This document shows positions 42,441 to 60,919 of a stretch of 64,000 bases of DNA, piece by piece. A program made the translations under genes and the position numbers. Each line of letters begins with the position of its first letter. The stretch's first letter is position 1. This DNA is from the human T2T-CHM13v2.0 reference genome, Homo sapiens, in the NCBI RefSeq assembly GCF_009914755.1, contig NC_060933.1; one strand, written 5' to 3'. The notes beneath the pieces are model-generated. The model was not told where the DNA came from, did not search any database, and worked only from the letters and a program-made list of their open reading frames with translations.

Positions 42441-42792
<352 letters not shown>

Positions 42793-43328
42793 CTATTAAA
42801 TTGCTATACCACAGTAAACAGATTTAGAGACATGCTTCTTGACATAAGAGTTTACAATACAAATCAGAAAAGGTTAAATTCAGAAAATATAGATATTTAT
42901 TTTTATATTGCAACTTAAAATTTCAAGGCTTTTTCCTCATTTTATTTCATTTAATCTCTGATAATCCATCTATCATTTATCTCAATTTTACAGAGAAAAA
43001 GAATCTGAAGCCCTATAAAGCTGAGTAACTCCCCTGAAGTCCCATATCCAGAACTGGGCCCCAAGTTTCCTGGTCCCTTTCCTACTTTACCACATAAAAT
43101 GGCCATACAGAAAACGATAACACAACAAGAGACAACACTAATGGGAGGAAGGCCAGAAGCCAAAGAGAACCATCCAGAACATTCAAATATTAGTGATCAT
43201 AGTTTTACCTTGGGGAATGTGAGAGTAAATTTGTCCCCTTGCTTTCCTTTTCTTATATGGTGAAAGTGGAACTGTAGGAGATCTCTCAACAGGGAGTAAG
43301 AAACAGGAAGGTATCTGCTCAATGTTGA

Positions 43329-43701
<373 letters not shown>

Positions 43702-44317
43702 TAGAACTTGAGAAGGAATTGGGAAGATGTGAGTCAAGTGTGGCATGTCAAAGCTGGGGTGCATAGCAGGAACAAGATTGTTTAGACAAGTGACACACAG
43801 GTCTCTGGCAGCATTTCCACACTCAATTCATCTTACCCCCTTTTGGTATGCATACCCAATTTAAAAATATGGAAAGCATGAGCTCTATCACCTGGGAAAA
43901 AATGATAGAGTCAAAGATCATGATTTTTGACCATTTGTTTCCCCAAATAGAAAAAAATTCAAAGAAAAAGGTGATGCTGTTTTGTCATAACAAATTCAAA
44001 TGCAAAAAGGTGAATACAGAACATGAAAGTTCTCCTATAATTCATTACTGTTGCCAGTTTATTTTATACTTCCAGACTTTAAAGATATGTAATCATATAT
44101 ACCAATTTAAACATACATGGAATCAGATGATCCATCTTCCATATGTATTTTACCCAGTAACTTTTGTGTTATGTGCGCTTTACCACAATGAAATGCATCT
44201 ATCATGAATATCTTTTTATGTCAATTCATATTAGATTTACATCCTCCTTTTAAAAGGCTGCCCATATGTATGCTATGGGATGGAGGTACCATGATTTATT
44301 AAATCAGTCCTCCCTGA

Positions 44318-44718
<401 letters not shown>

Positions 44719-44765
44719 TAAAATTATGTATGTGTATTTATTTATAATTATTATAATTTCTGGGA

Positions 44766-45065
44766 TTTTTTTGGGTTTTTTTTGAGACAAGGTCTCACTC
44801 TGTCACTCAAGCTGGAGTGTAGTGGCAACCACAGCTCACTGCAGCCTTGACCTCCTGGGTTCAAGTGATCCTCCCACCTCAGCCTCCCAAGCAGCTGGGA
44901 CTACAGGCACATGCCACCATGCCTGGCTATTTAAAAAAAAATTTTTGTAGAGATGGGGTCTTGCTTTGTTGCCCAGACTGGTCTCAAACTCCTGGGTTCA
45001 AGCAATCCTCCCACCTCGGCCTCCCAAAGTGCTGGGATTATAGGTGTGAGCCACAGAGCCTGGCC
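44766..45065 (-). mobile_element. AluJ inside L1ME
   Basis: Full dimer. Confidence 0.87.
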
Positions 45066-46062
45066 TATGATAATTTCTTATTAAAGAAAGTCTTTATATG
45101 TTTGTCTATTTCTTTAAGAAAGTCCTAGAAGTAGAATAGCTGAGGGGGTCAATGGGAAATGTACACATTATATTTTGAGACACTGTTGCCAGTTATTGTT
45201 CCAGAGAGGCTGTGACAATGTATACTCTCACCAACTGGCTGTGGTAAGTACTTGGGTTTTGAATTTAGAAAGACCTAGATTAGTTCTCAAGCCACCTCGT
45301 TGTATGACTTTTGGCAAGTTACCTTTCTTAATGTCCCTTTCCTTTCATGGGTGTCATATTACCTACTTTGCAAGGCTGGTGTTAGAATGAGATGAAATAA
45401 TGTATATAGAACACTTTGCAGCATGCCTGGCATGAACAACAAAGGGTAGCTGGTTTTTGTTTGTTTGTTTTTATGTTGCTCTCTCCTCATTTACTTTTTG
45501 TTTCCATCTAGTCTAAAGTATTCATCAGTCCTAATTTCCCTGCCACCAAAAGGAACTTGGGATGTGGACTAACTTGAGTTATGAGAACCAGCAGCAAGAG
45601 GCGTTGCCCTCTTAATGGGTTTGCACTTCCCAGGAAAGCCTTGAAGCCAATTTCCGGGGCTCTATCTTTCATGAGGAAATTGCAAGAAGACAAACACTAC
45701 TCTCTCTCTCTCAATTATCTTGACTAGGATCTTAATCAGGTCATGCTTACTCTCCAGGACACTGCCGGATCAGGCCATTTCAACAGCTGGCCCTTCTCTT
45801 TAAAACAGGACACTACGTTATGATCTGGAGGCTACAAAGGATCCATGGAAACAGATGGGGTGAGAGACCCTGAGACATATATACCCTGGAACCCTGGGGA
45901 GTCCTGGTTGAATTCCATCCCCAGTGTCCTTCCACAGCCAGGGCCAAATGTGGAGCGCTAGAACTGAAGCGTGGCTTCTTGGGGCTTTCAGTTCTAGAAT
46001 ATACCGACTTAAGAGTTGAATTAACCAGGGCCTAGTGACAATGCTCCAAAATGCCAAAAGGG

Positions 46063-46262
46063 GGCAGTGCAGTGTTACAGTTAAGAGCATGGCCTTAAAG
46101 ACTCCATACACCTGGGCTTGAAATGGTTTTGCCACTTACTAGGTTGTGTGACCTTGGGTCTCACTTTCCTTCTCTGTAGATTAAGGGTATACCTTCTTTG
46201 CAGAGTTGAGAAGATTAAATGAAACACTGTGTGTCTGGTGGCAGATAAGTAGTAAGTGCTTC
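46063..46262 (+). mobile_element. MIR, interrupted at its 3' end by LTR12C
   Basis: ggcagtgcagtgttacagttaagagcatgg...gccacttactaggttgtgtgaccttggg...tagtaagtgct. Confidence 0.8.
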
Positions 46263-47783
46263 TGAGAGGTGACAGCGTGCTGGCAGTCCTCACAGCCCTC
46301 GGTCGCTCTCAGCGCCTCCTCTGCCTGGGCTCCTACTTTGGTGGCATTTGAGGAGCCCTTCAGCCCACCGCTGCACCGTGGGAGCCCCTTTCTGGGCTGG
46401 CCAAGGCCAGAGCCGGCTCCCTCAGCTTGCAGGGAGGTGTGGAGGGAGAGGCGCGAGCGGGAACCCGGGCTGCGCGTGGCGCTTGCGGGCCACCTGGAGT
46501 TCCGAGTGGGCGTGGGCTTGGCGGGCCCCGCACTCGGAGCAGCCGGCTGGCCCTGCCGGCCAGGGGCAATGAGGGGCTTAGCACCCGGGCCAGTGGCTAC
46601 GGAGGGTGTACTGGGTCCCACAGCAGTGCCAGCCCACGGGCGCTGTGCTCGATTTCTCACCAAGCCTTAGCTGCCTTCCTGCGGGGCAGGGCTCGGGACC
46701 TGCAGCCCGCCATGCTTGAGCCTCCCACCCCTCCATGGGCTCCTGTGCGGCCATGAGCCTCCCCAGTGAGGCCTGTGCCTCCCCAATGAGCGCCACCCCC
46801 TGCTCCACGGCGCCCAGTCCCATCGACCACACAAGGGCTGAGGAGTGCGGGCGCATGGCACCGGGACTGGCAGGCAGCTCCACCTGCAGCACCGGTGCGG
46901 GATCCACTGGGTGAAGCCAGCTGGGTTCCTGAGTCTGGTGGGGAGGTGGAGAACCTTTATGTCTAGCTCAGGGATTGTAACTACACCAATGAGCACCCTG
47001 TGTCTAGCTCAGGGTTTGTGAATGCACCAATGGACACTCTGTATCTATCTACTCTGGTGGGGCCTTGGAGAACCTTTATGTCTAGCTCAGGGATTGTAAA
47101 TACACCAATCGGCACTCTGTATCTAGCTCAAGGTTTATAAACAAACCAATCAGAAGCATGTGTCTAGCTCAGGGTTTGTGAATGCACCAATCAACACTGC
47201 GTATCTAGCTACTCTGGTGGAGCCTTGGAGAACCTTTGTGTCTAGCTCAGGGATTGTAAACGCACCAATCAGTGCCCTGTCAAAACAGACCACTGGGCTC
47301 TACCAATCAGCAGGATGTGGGTGGGGCCAGATAAGAGAATAAAAGCAGGCTGCCCAAGCCAGCAGTGGCAACCCGCTCAGGTCCCCATCCACACTGTGGA
47401 AGCTTTGTTCTTTTGCTCTTTGCAATAAATCTTGCTACTGCTCATTCTTTGGGTCCACACTGCTTTTATGAGGTGTAACACTCACCGCGAAGGTCTGCAG
47501 CTTCACTCCTGAAACCAGCGAGACCACGAGCCCACCGGGAGGAACGAACAACTCCAGAGGCGCTGCCTTAAGAGCTGTAACACTCACCGCGAAGGTCTGC
47601 AGCTTCACTCCTGAGCCAGCGAGACCACGAACCCACCAGAAGGAAGAAACTCCGAACACATCTGAACGTCAGAAGGAACACACTCCGGACACGCCGCCTT
47701 TAAGAACTGTAACACTCACCGCGAGGGTCCGCGGCTTTATTCTTGAAGTCAGTGAGACCAAGAACCCACCAATTCCGGACACA
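46263..47783 (+). mobile_element. Solo LTR12C (HERV9/ERV1), 1521 bp, intact termini, 4-bp TSD CTTC
   Basis: Begins TGAGAGGTGACAGCGTGCTGGCAGTCCTC, ends CCAATTCCGGACACA; cttc at 46259-46262 and 47784-47787; U3 tandem repeats with 7 CCAAT boxes; TATA-like AATAAAA 47338-47344; AATAAA 47424-47429; three U5 repeats. Confidence 0.96.
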
Positions 47784-47869
47784 CTTCTAAACAGTAGGAC
47801 ACACGTCTGCAGGGTATATGGTTGAATGTCAGATACGACATGGGGTTACCAAGTAAATGAGACTAGAAG

Positions 47870-48400
47870 ACAATTCATTCAGTCATTCATTCATTCAACC
47901 AAAAGCTATTTAGTGAATGTCCATTATGTGAAGGCACAGGAGACAAATGGTAAGTAAAAATGAATCTGGTTTCATGCAACATCCTTCAAAAGGACCCACG
48001 TTAATAGACTAATTTTACATACTTACGTAAAATTATAAATGTGAAAAGTGCAATAAGGGGAAGACTACTGACCAAGTCTAGGGATTGTCCTCTGTGATGA
48101 AACTATAGCTGAACTAAGAACTGAAAGATGAGTAGGAGTCAACAACAAAAAAAAGGTAGAAGGTGCAGCAAAAGCATTCCAGGCAGCAAGAACATTATGC
48201 GCAAAGGCCCTCAAGCAGAAGGGAGCCTGGGACATTAGAGAAGTGGAGGAAAAGCCAGTGATGCTGAATGTAGTGACTGGGGGTAATGTGATATGAGATA
48301 AGCTGAAGAGGAAGGCAGGAGCCAGATCACATGTTAGGGTTATACTAAGGATTTGAGTCTTTATAATAAGAACGAGTGGAAGCCGTTGAAGTGTAAGGGG
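47870..48400 (-). mobile_element. L2 3' end
   Basis: (CATT)n terminus then gaactgaaagatgagtaggagt...agcattccaggcag...gcaaaggccct. Confidence 0.8.
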
Positions 48401-49088
48401 CTACACGGGGCACTCCTGCTACTTGATGACACTTTCCTCTGATGTTTACTTTCATGTGGATAAAAGGGATAGGGCTTCACACAGTCCCTTCTGTGACCGC
48501 CCAGGAGAAGGGAGCAAAGAAGTAATCAGCAACAGGTCCCTTCCCAAAACAGAATGAGGCCCTCTGGATTCTCATAGCCTCAGGAAGAACTAGACATAAG
48601 GAGGAGTGTGGGCAGGGTATCCAAGGCTGTGAGGCTCTTATCAGGAATCCTGTACTGGGTGGTCAGCTGTCACTGCAGACCCCTATGTTTTCTAGCTGTT
48701 GCACAGCTGGTCCCTAGCTAGCCTCCACCTCTCAGACTTCCTGCTCCATCAGATGCTCCATTGTGTTGGACATAATTATCTGGGGACTAACAGCTGTTAG
48801 GCTGGGTAGTAGAAGTTGAAGACTCCCATGGGCAGGGAACCAGACCTAAGGGTGGGTACAGGTTTGCAAGAGGCAGCTCTCAACTTCTGTGTGCTTCTCT
48901 GGTGAGCTGGCTTGCAGTGCCCTCAGTGCATGTACTGTATTTGTCTGGGGCACATGTACACTCCTCTGTGAGGAGAGACAATAGGGGTGGAGATACTGGG
49001 GCAACACAGAAATGCCAAAGTACCAGAAGGTAGTGATGTGTTCCAGCCCTCACAGGTTTTTTTTTCTTAATAAAAAAAAACAATTTTT

Positions 49089-49388
49089 GGCCAGGCGTGG
49101 TGGCTCACGCCTGTAATCCCAGCACTTTGGAAGGCCGAGGCGGGCGGATCACGAGGTCAGGAGATCGAGACCATCCTGGCTAACACGGTGAAACCCCGTC
49201 TCTACTAAAAATACAAAAAATTAGCCGGGCATGGTGGCGGGCGCCTGTAGTCCCAGCTACTCGGGAGGCTGAGGCAGGAGAATGGCATGAACCCGGGAGG
49301 CGGAGCTTGCAAGTGAGCCGAGATCGCGCCACTGCCCTCCAGCCTGGGCGACAGAGTGAGACTCGGTCTCAAAAAAAAAAAAAAAAAA
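49089..49388 (+). mobile_element. AluY
   Basis: Near-consensus AluY. Confidence 0.95.
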
Positions 49389-49553
49389 TTTTTAAAGAAA
49401 TGTTATCTTACTATGTTGCCCAGGCTAGAGTGCAGTGGCTATTCACAGGCCTGATCGTATAGCACTTAGAGCCTTTAACTCCTGGGCTCAAGTGATCCTC
49501 CTTGAGCCTCTCGAGTAGCTGGGACTCCAGGCTTAATGCCACCACACCTGACT
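49389..49553 (-). mobile_element. FAM-type Alu monomer whose tail is split by the AluY
   Basis: gctattcacagg segment; TSD-like ctcacaggttttt (~49049) and ctcacataggttttt (~49553). Confidence 0.72.
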
Positions 49554-50231
49554 CTCACATAGGTTTTTAAACTTGGCTGGAAAGAGAAAAGGACCTAAGA
49601 GTTCTAGAATTGCCTGCCCCATCCCTTCCCCCAACCTCTCCCGGCTTGTAGCCCAGCTAAACAGGAAACCAGGTTTGGGTCCTTGCCAGAGCCCAGGCTG
49701 GGGCAGGAAGCTCAGGAAACAAGTAAGACCCTCCTCAGCATAGAAGAAGGCTGCTAAGAAATCTGTGGGAAGCAAAAATAAACCCAGCCCTTGCTGAACT
49801 CTCTCCCAGAGGAGGAAAAGACCACAGTTGCTTCTACTCCCTAGTATGAGTCAAGCATAGTCCTAGGAAGATTCAGAGAGCAGATGCAGGAGCTTCATGA
49901 AGTGAGATACTGCTGTTCCAGTGAGAACACACTCAGTAAGGACCCTCCTCTCAGAGAAGCACAGGGCTTAGTGAAGCAGGGTGGGATACATGTGGTCTGA
50001 AGACACTCCAGGGCTATCTTGGGCTGATAAGGAAGCAAATGATGGTACAGGATAAGAGCAGTGGTGGAAGAAGCAGACCTAAAGGAGAGAGGGCCCGAGA
50101 CCAGGTGATACCTGTGGGGGTATGAAGGCAGAGAATTAACAGGGTTCTTTGCTGTACAAATGTGAAGGAAATTCCTGATGGAATAATGAATCAAGGCAAT
50201 GACAGTCAAGGGCTGTAAAAACATTAGGTGA

Positions 50232-50536
<305 letters not shown>

Positions 50537-50559
50537 AACTTTTATAGTGGAGAGATCAG

Positions 50560-51645
<1,086 letters not shown>

Positions 51646-53249
51646 TGAAGGAAGTGAGCAATCTGGATCTGCCTCCTCTAGCCCACTGACATTGGGGAGA
51701 ATAATAGCAATGTTGACTTTTTCATATGTTTCGTGAGCCCTGAAAATTGACCTTCGGGAACCGAAACAGCAGTAGGACACCCTCCACTATCACCAATGGT
51801 GGGGATCTCCAGGAAGGCCCACTCTGCTAACAGACTCAGCCGCCCTCTACACGTCCCCCAGCCCAGCCCCACTCAATGGGAATCTCTTCCAGAGATCAGT
51901 GAAAGCACAGAGCAGGTCCTTCTCCAGCCTGGCCTCACCACAGCCCTGTCAAGGAGGCCAAAGACTCTTCTCATTTGGTGATGAGAAGAATAACCCATCT
52001 CCTCACTCTCTCCCACAAAAGTTCCCTTGGGAATTACAGACAGAAAAAGAAAATCAGCAACCCTTTCATTATCATCAACCCTTAGACCAGAAATAATATA
52101 GTAATTTGCAGCTCATTTTCACATACATGATCTTATTTATTTTACAAATGCCTGAAAGCGGTTAGGAGGCTGGCCAAAGGTCATAACAAAAGTGATAGTA
52201 GCTAGGATATACCCAGCCTACTTACCACTGCTGTGCACAGCTCCTGCCCTCAGGCCCGTGCCCCCCACTGGCTTATCCTAATTTCCCCACCCCCTCAAGC
52301 ATACTCAAACCAATTCCTCCTGTGGGAGCTTCCTGTGACTGTCTCTCTGCTGTATCAGAGCCCATGGCAAATGAAGGATGTGAAATATGAGATTCCATCA
52401 GGAAGTTGATAGGGAGGCTAACAGATGGTCAAATCTTGGTTCTGACTGGTTCCCTTTGGTACCAATGTCTGCTACATTAAATACCAACCCTCAACTTGGT
52501 CTCCCTCCCTGACTCCACATAATTCTCCCTCCCCTTCCCTAAACCACTAGCTACTACCACTTCCCCATATCATTATCCCCACTTGGCCTTTCACTGAGTC
52601 CTCTAGGCCAGAGCTGGATGCAGCATGTCAGCTGAGAGCAGAGAGGACTTTCTGGAAGCTAAAATCCTCAGGGAACAGCTTTGGCATTCATAGGAGAACC
52701 AGTGGAGGCCCCTTTCACCAGCTGCTGCAATTTGCCTGCCAATGTGGCTACTGGCTTTCCCACCAGAGGCAAGTCTGTCCCCAGAGAGAATGACCTATAC
52801 ATTTGGGTTTTGTGGTAAGGAGAAACCTATGCCTGATACACCAAGAACAGGACATCCAGGCTGGCACTCTTCCTTTCCTCCAAGATCCCCAGAGACTTTC
52901 TCCATTTCCAGGAGGATGTGTACAGGTCATATAATGTTGGAAGACTCAGGTAGGAGCTCTTCATCAGCAAAACTAAGTTTTTTCCTCATTAAATATTAAA
53001 GCTTACAACTCCATTAATAGCTTCTCCAGCCCCCACAACAAAGCTGACGGCACAGTTATCAGCTCTGCTACCAATGGGAGAGGGGCTGGATTGGCCTTCT
53101 TACATTATTCTACGTCCCTTACTTCTGAAAATGTACCTAATGCTGCAAAGGGAGAAGATGGGAAAAGGCCAATTTGTAAGGAACTCAGATTGCTAACTCA
53201 GCTAGGGACCCCTGCCCACTGGGGAGCCAGGAGCACGTCACTCCTTGTA

Positions 53250-53560
53250 AGAACAAAATCCTTCTCATCCTGTGGTCTGAGTTCAAACATCACTTTCTCA
53301 TAGCAGCCTTACCTGACATCCACAAGAGAATAATTTATTATTCTCTCTTTTCCTACTGCATTTCTTGCCTTTTCTATCACTTGTCATAGTTGGTAATTGT
53401 GTTTGTGCACTTTGTTTAGTATCTGTCTCTCCTACTGGATTGCCAGCTTATGAAGGTAGGTACCATGTTTGCTTTATTCATCATTTTACTTCCTATGTTT
53501 GGCTCAGTGTCTTGCATATAGCAGATGCTCAAAAGATGTTATTTGAATAATGAATGAATG
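53250..53560 (+). mobile_element. L2 3' end
   Basis: tctgtctctcctactggattgccagcttatgaaggtagg...tagcagatgctcaaaagatgtt...(TGAA)n. Confidence 0.8.
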
Positions 53561-54412
53561 TCCCATCCCTGTATTCCCCTGAATCTCCCTTAATTCCCCA
53601 ACATGTGGCTTCCACTCTACTAATTCTCACCTACTCATCCCCCTCTAGGTCTTTGCTGTTCCCCTCCTTAGAATAACCTCCCAACCTCCTCTCCTTTCCA
53701 CTCTTACTCATCTTTAAAGGAGCCAGCTGTATTCTTCTGTAGTTCTGTTTCATAAGAGCAAGTATCTTCTTCACCAGTCTGTAAGTTCTAGAGGTAGAAG
53801 CTATCTTGTCAAGGAGATCAAAGGGGAGTTGGGGTGACAAGACTCACAGCACATTAAAGTGGACACCCTAAACCAGAATATCATTTGTATAAAATTATGT
53901 GCTAGAGGTTATAGAGGCTTAGGGATTGGTTAAGAGCTCACTAGAATATTCAGGGAAAGCTCTCTGAAGAATGGGAGTTTATATTGATCTCTGAAGAATG
54001 TGTATGAGTGAAATGGGCAGAAGAGAATTGTTAAGAGGAGAGGAGGCCTCAAGGTGCCAATAGGTGAAAGAAGGTGAAGGACATGGCTGGACTTACTAGA
54101 AAGAAAGTTGGCTTGAATGGTAGCAAGTATGGCCAGCTTTGAGGGGTAAAAGCCTAGTGTAGATGCCTCAAAAGCCAGTGGAGAAGTTCAAGCCTGATGT
54201 AGAAGAACTTAATTGGGTTCCAAGTTGCGAAGGAGGGTCTAATCTAGGCCACGCCAACCTCCAGCTGGGTAGTGGCTAAGCCTGTTTACCTTTCTGGGAG
54301 TCTGCTTGCAGATCTATAAAGTGGGCAAAATGATTTTCCTAATCTGCTTAATGAGATGGTTCAGGTGCTTTGGAAACATCTTTTCACCTACCTTAAAAAG
54401 GAATTAAAGATA

Positions 54413-54760
<348 letters not shown>

Positions 54761-55189
54761 TTACACAATGACAAGGTATTAGGGCCACAGGACAGGTAAA
54801 TGGAGAGCTCACATCTCACTGAAGGATAGAAAGGGATGCATGAAGAAGATGGTGCTTTTGTGACAGGCCTTGATATATACAAAACATTAGCAAACACCTA
54901 TTCTCAGAAAACTAGAAAAGTGCTGCTTGTGCTAAGTTCCACAGTGGATTCTTGGACACGTTTATAGTACACACACATAACAGAGCCATGTTTACTGCTA
55001 GAATATTATTCCTAGCACCTACTTTGGAAGGACTAGGACATTTGCACAGAGCAGTGTGTCTTCCTGGTGCCCTGGCCTCTGGCCCAGTTTAAGAACTGAT
55101 ACCATAGAGAATGTGAGGTAAGAACACATTCACATTCCCACCATGGCTCTGGTTCTCCCTGTGAAGCTACAGATAACATGAAGACTATC

Positions 55190-57260
<2,071 letters not shown>

Positions 57261-57299
57261 CACAGCCCAAGGTAAAAATGAGAAATAGAACTAGGCCAT

Positions 57300-57530
57300 G
57301 GTGGGAGCTAAGCTATGAGGACACAAAGGCATAAGAATGATATAATGGACTCTGGGGACTCACAGGGGAAGGGTGGGAGAAGGATGAGGGATAAAAGACT
57401 ACATGTTGGGTACATTGTACACTGTTTGGGTGACAGGTGCACCAAAATCTCAGAAATTACTACCAAAGAACTTATCCACATAACCAAAAACCACCTGTTC
57501 CCCAAAAACTATCGGAAAAAAAAAAAAAAC
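57300..57530 (+). mobile_element. L1PB-type 3' fragment
   Basis: tgggagctaagctatgaggacacaaaggcataagaatgata...gggataaaagactaca...accacctgttccccaaaaactat + A tail. Confidence 0.88.
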
Positions 57531-57559
57531 CTCAGCCATGGGATAGCCACACTGGTTTA

Positions 57560-57829
<270 letters not shown>

Positions 57830-58179
57830 CAGTAAAGTACTAAATGGCTAGTGTATACAATATATAAATTATATCTCAATAAAGTTGTCCAAAAAAAATA
57901 AGGATCAAACCAGCATTTGGTAGAGGGACATAAGGGAAATAAAACTCCCTTAGAAATATTATGAGAAAAACAAGGCACTTGGTATTTGCCTGTGCACCTA
58001 ACCAAAGTTCACCAAGAGCTTCCTACTAATAGCAAGTTCAGACCCTGAAACAAATCAGCAACATCCCATTAGACACTAACTAGCATAGGGCAAAATGGTG
58101 TGGGTTATAAAAGACATTTAAAAGAACTAGGAAGACTATAAATCTAGACTGGATCAGCACAGATACTAATTTCTAAGCT

Positions 58180-58472
58180 AAAGTTTTCCAAAGAGTATTT
58201 CCCATGAAACACATTGGTTCTGTAAGATGTTAACAGATGTAACATGAAAAAAGGTTCTATAGTTAAATAAGCTTGGGAAACACTGAATTAAACAAAGTTG
58301 AAAAGGTTCCTTTACTGCAGGATATCTCAGAGTCTTTAAAACGTCAGTGGGCATTGTGATGGGATAGAGCATATAGTCTTTCCCAAAGAAATTTTTCTAC
58401 GGAGACTTTTTCCCTCATGAAGCATCCCAAAGGATCAATATTCCTAACAGAATACTATAGGAAATGCTGGTC
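58180..58472. mobile_element. hAT-Charlie DNA transposon remnant (MER112-like)
   Basis: aaaaaaggttctatagttaaataagcttgggaaacactg...tttactgcaggatatctcagag...ggaaatgctg. Confidence 0.65.
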
Positions 58473-58550
58473 TAAACCGTGCATGGTGCGTGGCCAAGGG
58501 CTTCACCAATTCCTTCATAAGGATAAAATGGGAAATTAATATGGGAACTA

Positions 58551-58844
58551 GGTCGGGCGTGGTGGCTTACACCTGTAATCCCAGCACTTTGGGAGGCCAA
58601 GGTGAATAGATCGCTTGAGCTCAGGAGTTTGAGACCAGTCTAGGCAACATGGCGAAACCCCTTCTCTACAAAAAATACAAAAAATTAGCTGGGTATGGTG
58701 GCGCGTGAATGTAGTCCCAGCTACTCAGGAGGCTGAGGCAGGAGGATCGCTTGAGCCTGGGAGGCGGAGTTTGCAGTGAGCCAAGATTAAGCCACTGTAC
58801 TCCAGCCTCGGTGACAGAGACCCTGTCTCAAAAAAAAAAAAAAA
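58551..58844 (+). mobile_element. AluJ
   Basis: Full dimer; TSD-like gggaacta. Confidence 0.87.
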
Positions 58845-58946
58845 GTGGGGGGAACTATAATTTATACCTTGTACATAATTATGTTTATGTGGTGAAATAT
58901 ATGTGGTTCTCACTCCACAGTTTGCATGTAGTTAATTCAATACATC

Positions 58947-59236
58947 TTTTTTTTTTTTGAGACGGAGTCTTGCTCTGTCACCCAGGATAGAGTGCAGTGG
59001 CACAATCTCAGCTCACTGCAACCTCCACCTCCTGGGTTCAAGCAATTTTCTGCCTCAGCCTCCCGAGTAGCTGGGATTACAGGTGGCCACCACCATGCCC
59101 GGCTAATTTTTGTATTTTTAGTAGGGACGGGATTTCAACATCTTGGCCAGGCTGTTCTTGAACTCCCGACCTGGTTATCCACCGCCTCGGCCTCCCAAAG
59201 TGCTGGGATTGCAGGCGTGAGCCACTGCGCCCGGCC
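58947..59236 (-). mobile_element. AluS with TSD aattcaata
   Basis: Full dimer. Confidence 0.88.
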
Positions 59237-60919
59237 AATTCAATAAACCTTAAAATGCTCCTTCAGGTATTGTTCTCGATAGATGGGATGTACTCTGCTT
59301 ATAACAGCCAAGAATCTGATGGCTAAATCAGGCAAAACCAGGCAAGGAGCCACAGTCACTGGTCTTGTTTCTGCCTGGGTGTGGCCTCTTGTCATATGTT
59401 TAGACTTAGGGCTGGAACGGTCATTCAGAAAACACCATTCATAGCTGTATGTCCCCTCTTGCATGCACACTCACATACCTCACCGCCATCACAGAAACTT
59501 AAAATTGACCTTCAATAACCAAACCATCCGATCCTCAATTTGCTATCTCTGAATAACAATAATAACAACAAATACAAGTACAGATTTGCTTGAACTCTCT
59601 CCTGAGAATGTAAAGCCTAGGAGGAAACTCCTGCGGGCATGTGTCTACCCTCTCTCCCAGGCCAGATGCTACAGGCCTCTTTCCTAGATGACTTCCCTAC
59701 TCCAGAGTCCCTCCCTGCAGCCAGAAGTTGATTTGGCTGTCCCACAGTGAGGCCTGTGGATCATGTGCCAATTTCTAAACTCCAGAGCAGACTCAAATCC
59801 AGAGCTGGTTCCCCTCCTTCCTTCCTTCCTTTCTCCTGCCCAGAAAGCCAGATTCCCATCAGAGCCTATTTAAGAAACAATGACTTGGGACCCTGCTGAG
59901 CCACACCTCTAGCTTCCTTCAACCAGCACCTCTGGTTATCTGCCTCAGCCCAATTCTCCCCTTTCCACACGCTCTGGAGCTCCCTGAACCAGTTCTCCCA
60001 GGTCTCTAGGAAGGCACGAAGCAGCTAAGCCCAAGAAGCTAAATTTCCCATGTTCCCTTTCCAGACACGAGGCTCCACCTGCCTTTTTAAGGAGGTGAGA
60101 GGGTCCCTGAGACTAATCAGGTTTGAGTGAAGAAGCCTGTTTTCCATTTCTGCTCACTCTGGGCTATATAGGCAGTCAAGGGCAGCAGGCAGCTGGGGCT
60201 GGGAATGACTCAGCCTGAACCCCAGCTACCACAGAAGCACCTACCCACAGAGGCCACACTGGGACCTCTGAGAAGCCAAGTGACCTCTGAGTGATCTCAC
60301 CCCAGAATTCTGCTCCTTTGGTACACCTTGCCTGGAAGAAACGGTTGGGCTCTGCTTCCACCCAACTGCAGCTTTTCAGGCTGGTCTCAGAAAAGGAAAG
60401 TACGTGTCCTTTTCCATTTTGACATCTTGCAGTGATGTAGTAATACATATATACATTCCAGAAGGAATCAGTGAAAGAGCCCAGCTCAATCAGTCAGAAA
60501 AAAACCCATAGATTTGACTAGAACGATGGTAAAAGGCAAAGCCAGAAACTGCAACATAAAGCACTCAGACAACAAAGGATTTTATTTTTTATTCATCAAA
60601 GTGCTACTGGAAAGAAAATAACAACAACAAAACCCACTATGGCTCCTTGCTGCTACCACCAATTCTCTTGAATTCATCAAAGCAGGTTGCAGGGGAGAAG
60701 TATTCACTGGCAGATGAGCGTGTTTCTCAGCAGCCCTTTTGAGGCAGAGGGGGGACAAATGCCACTCTGACCTTTGGTTTTCTAGGACTTGTGGATTCCT
60801 CACAACCCCAAGAATGTAGCTTCAGCAGTAGAGCAAAGGAAAACAGCAGCCTTCTCTGTTATAAGAAGTCCCTGAGACCAAAAGGTACATGGGCTCCTGA
60901 GTTTCCCGAGGTGATGATG

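Noticed and set aside
46181-47659. Several overlapping 60-160 aa ORFs
   Set aside because: All within the GC-rich LTR12C; typical spurious LTR ORFs with no gag/pol/env.
46950-47760. Regularly spaced repeats resembling a CRISPR-like array
   Set aside because: Normal U3 and U5 tandem repeats of LTR12; human DNA, no unique spacers or cas genes.
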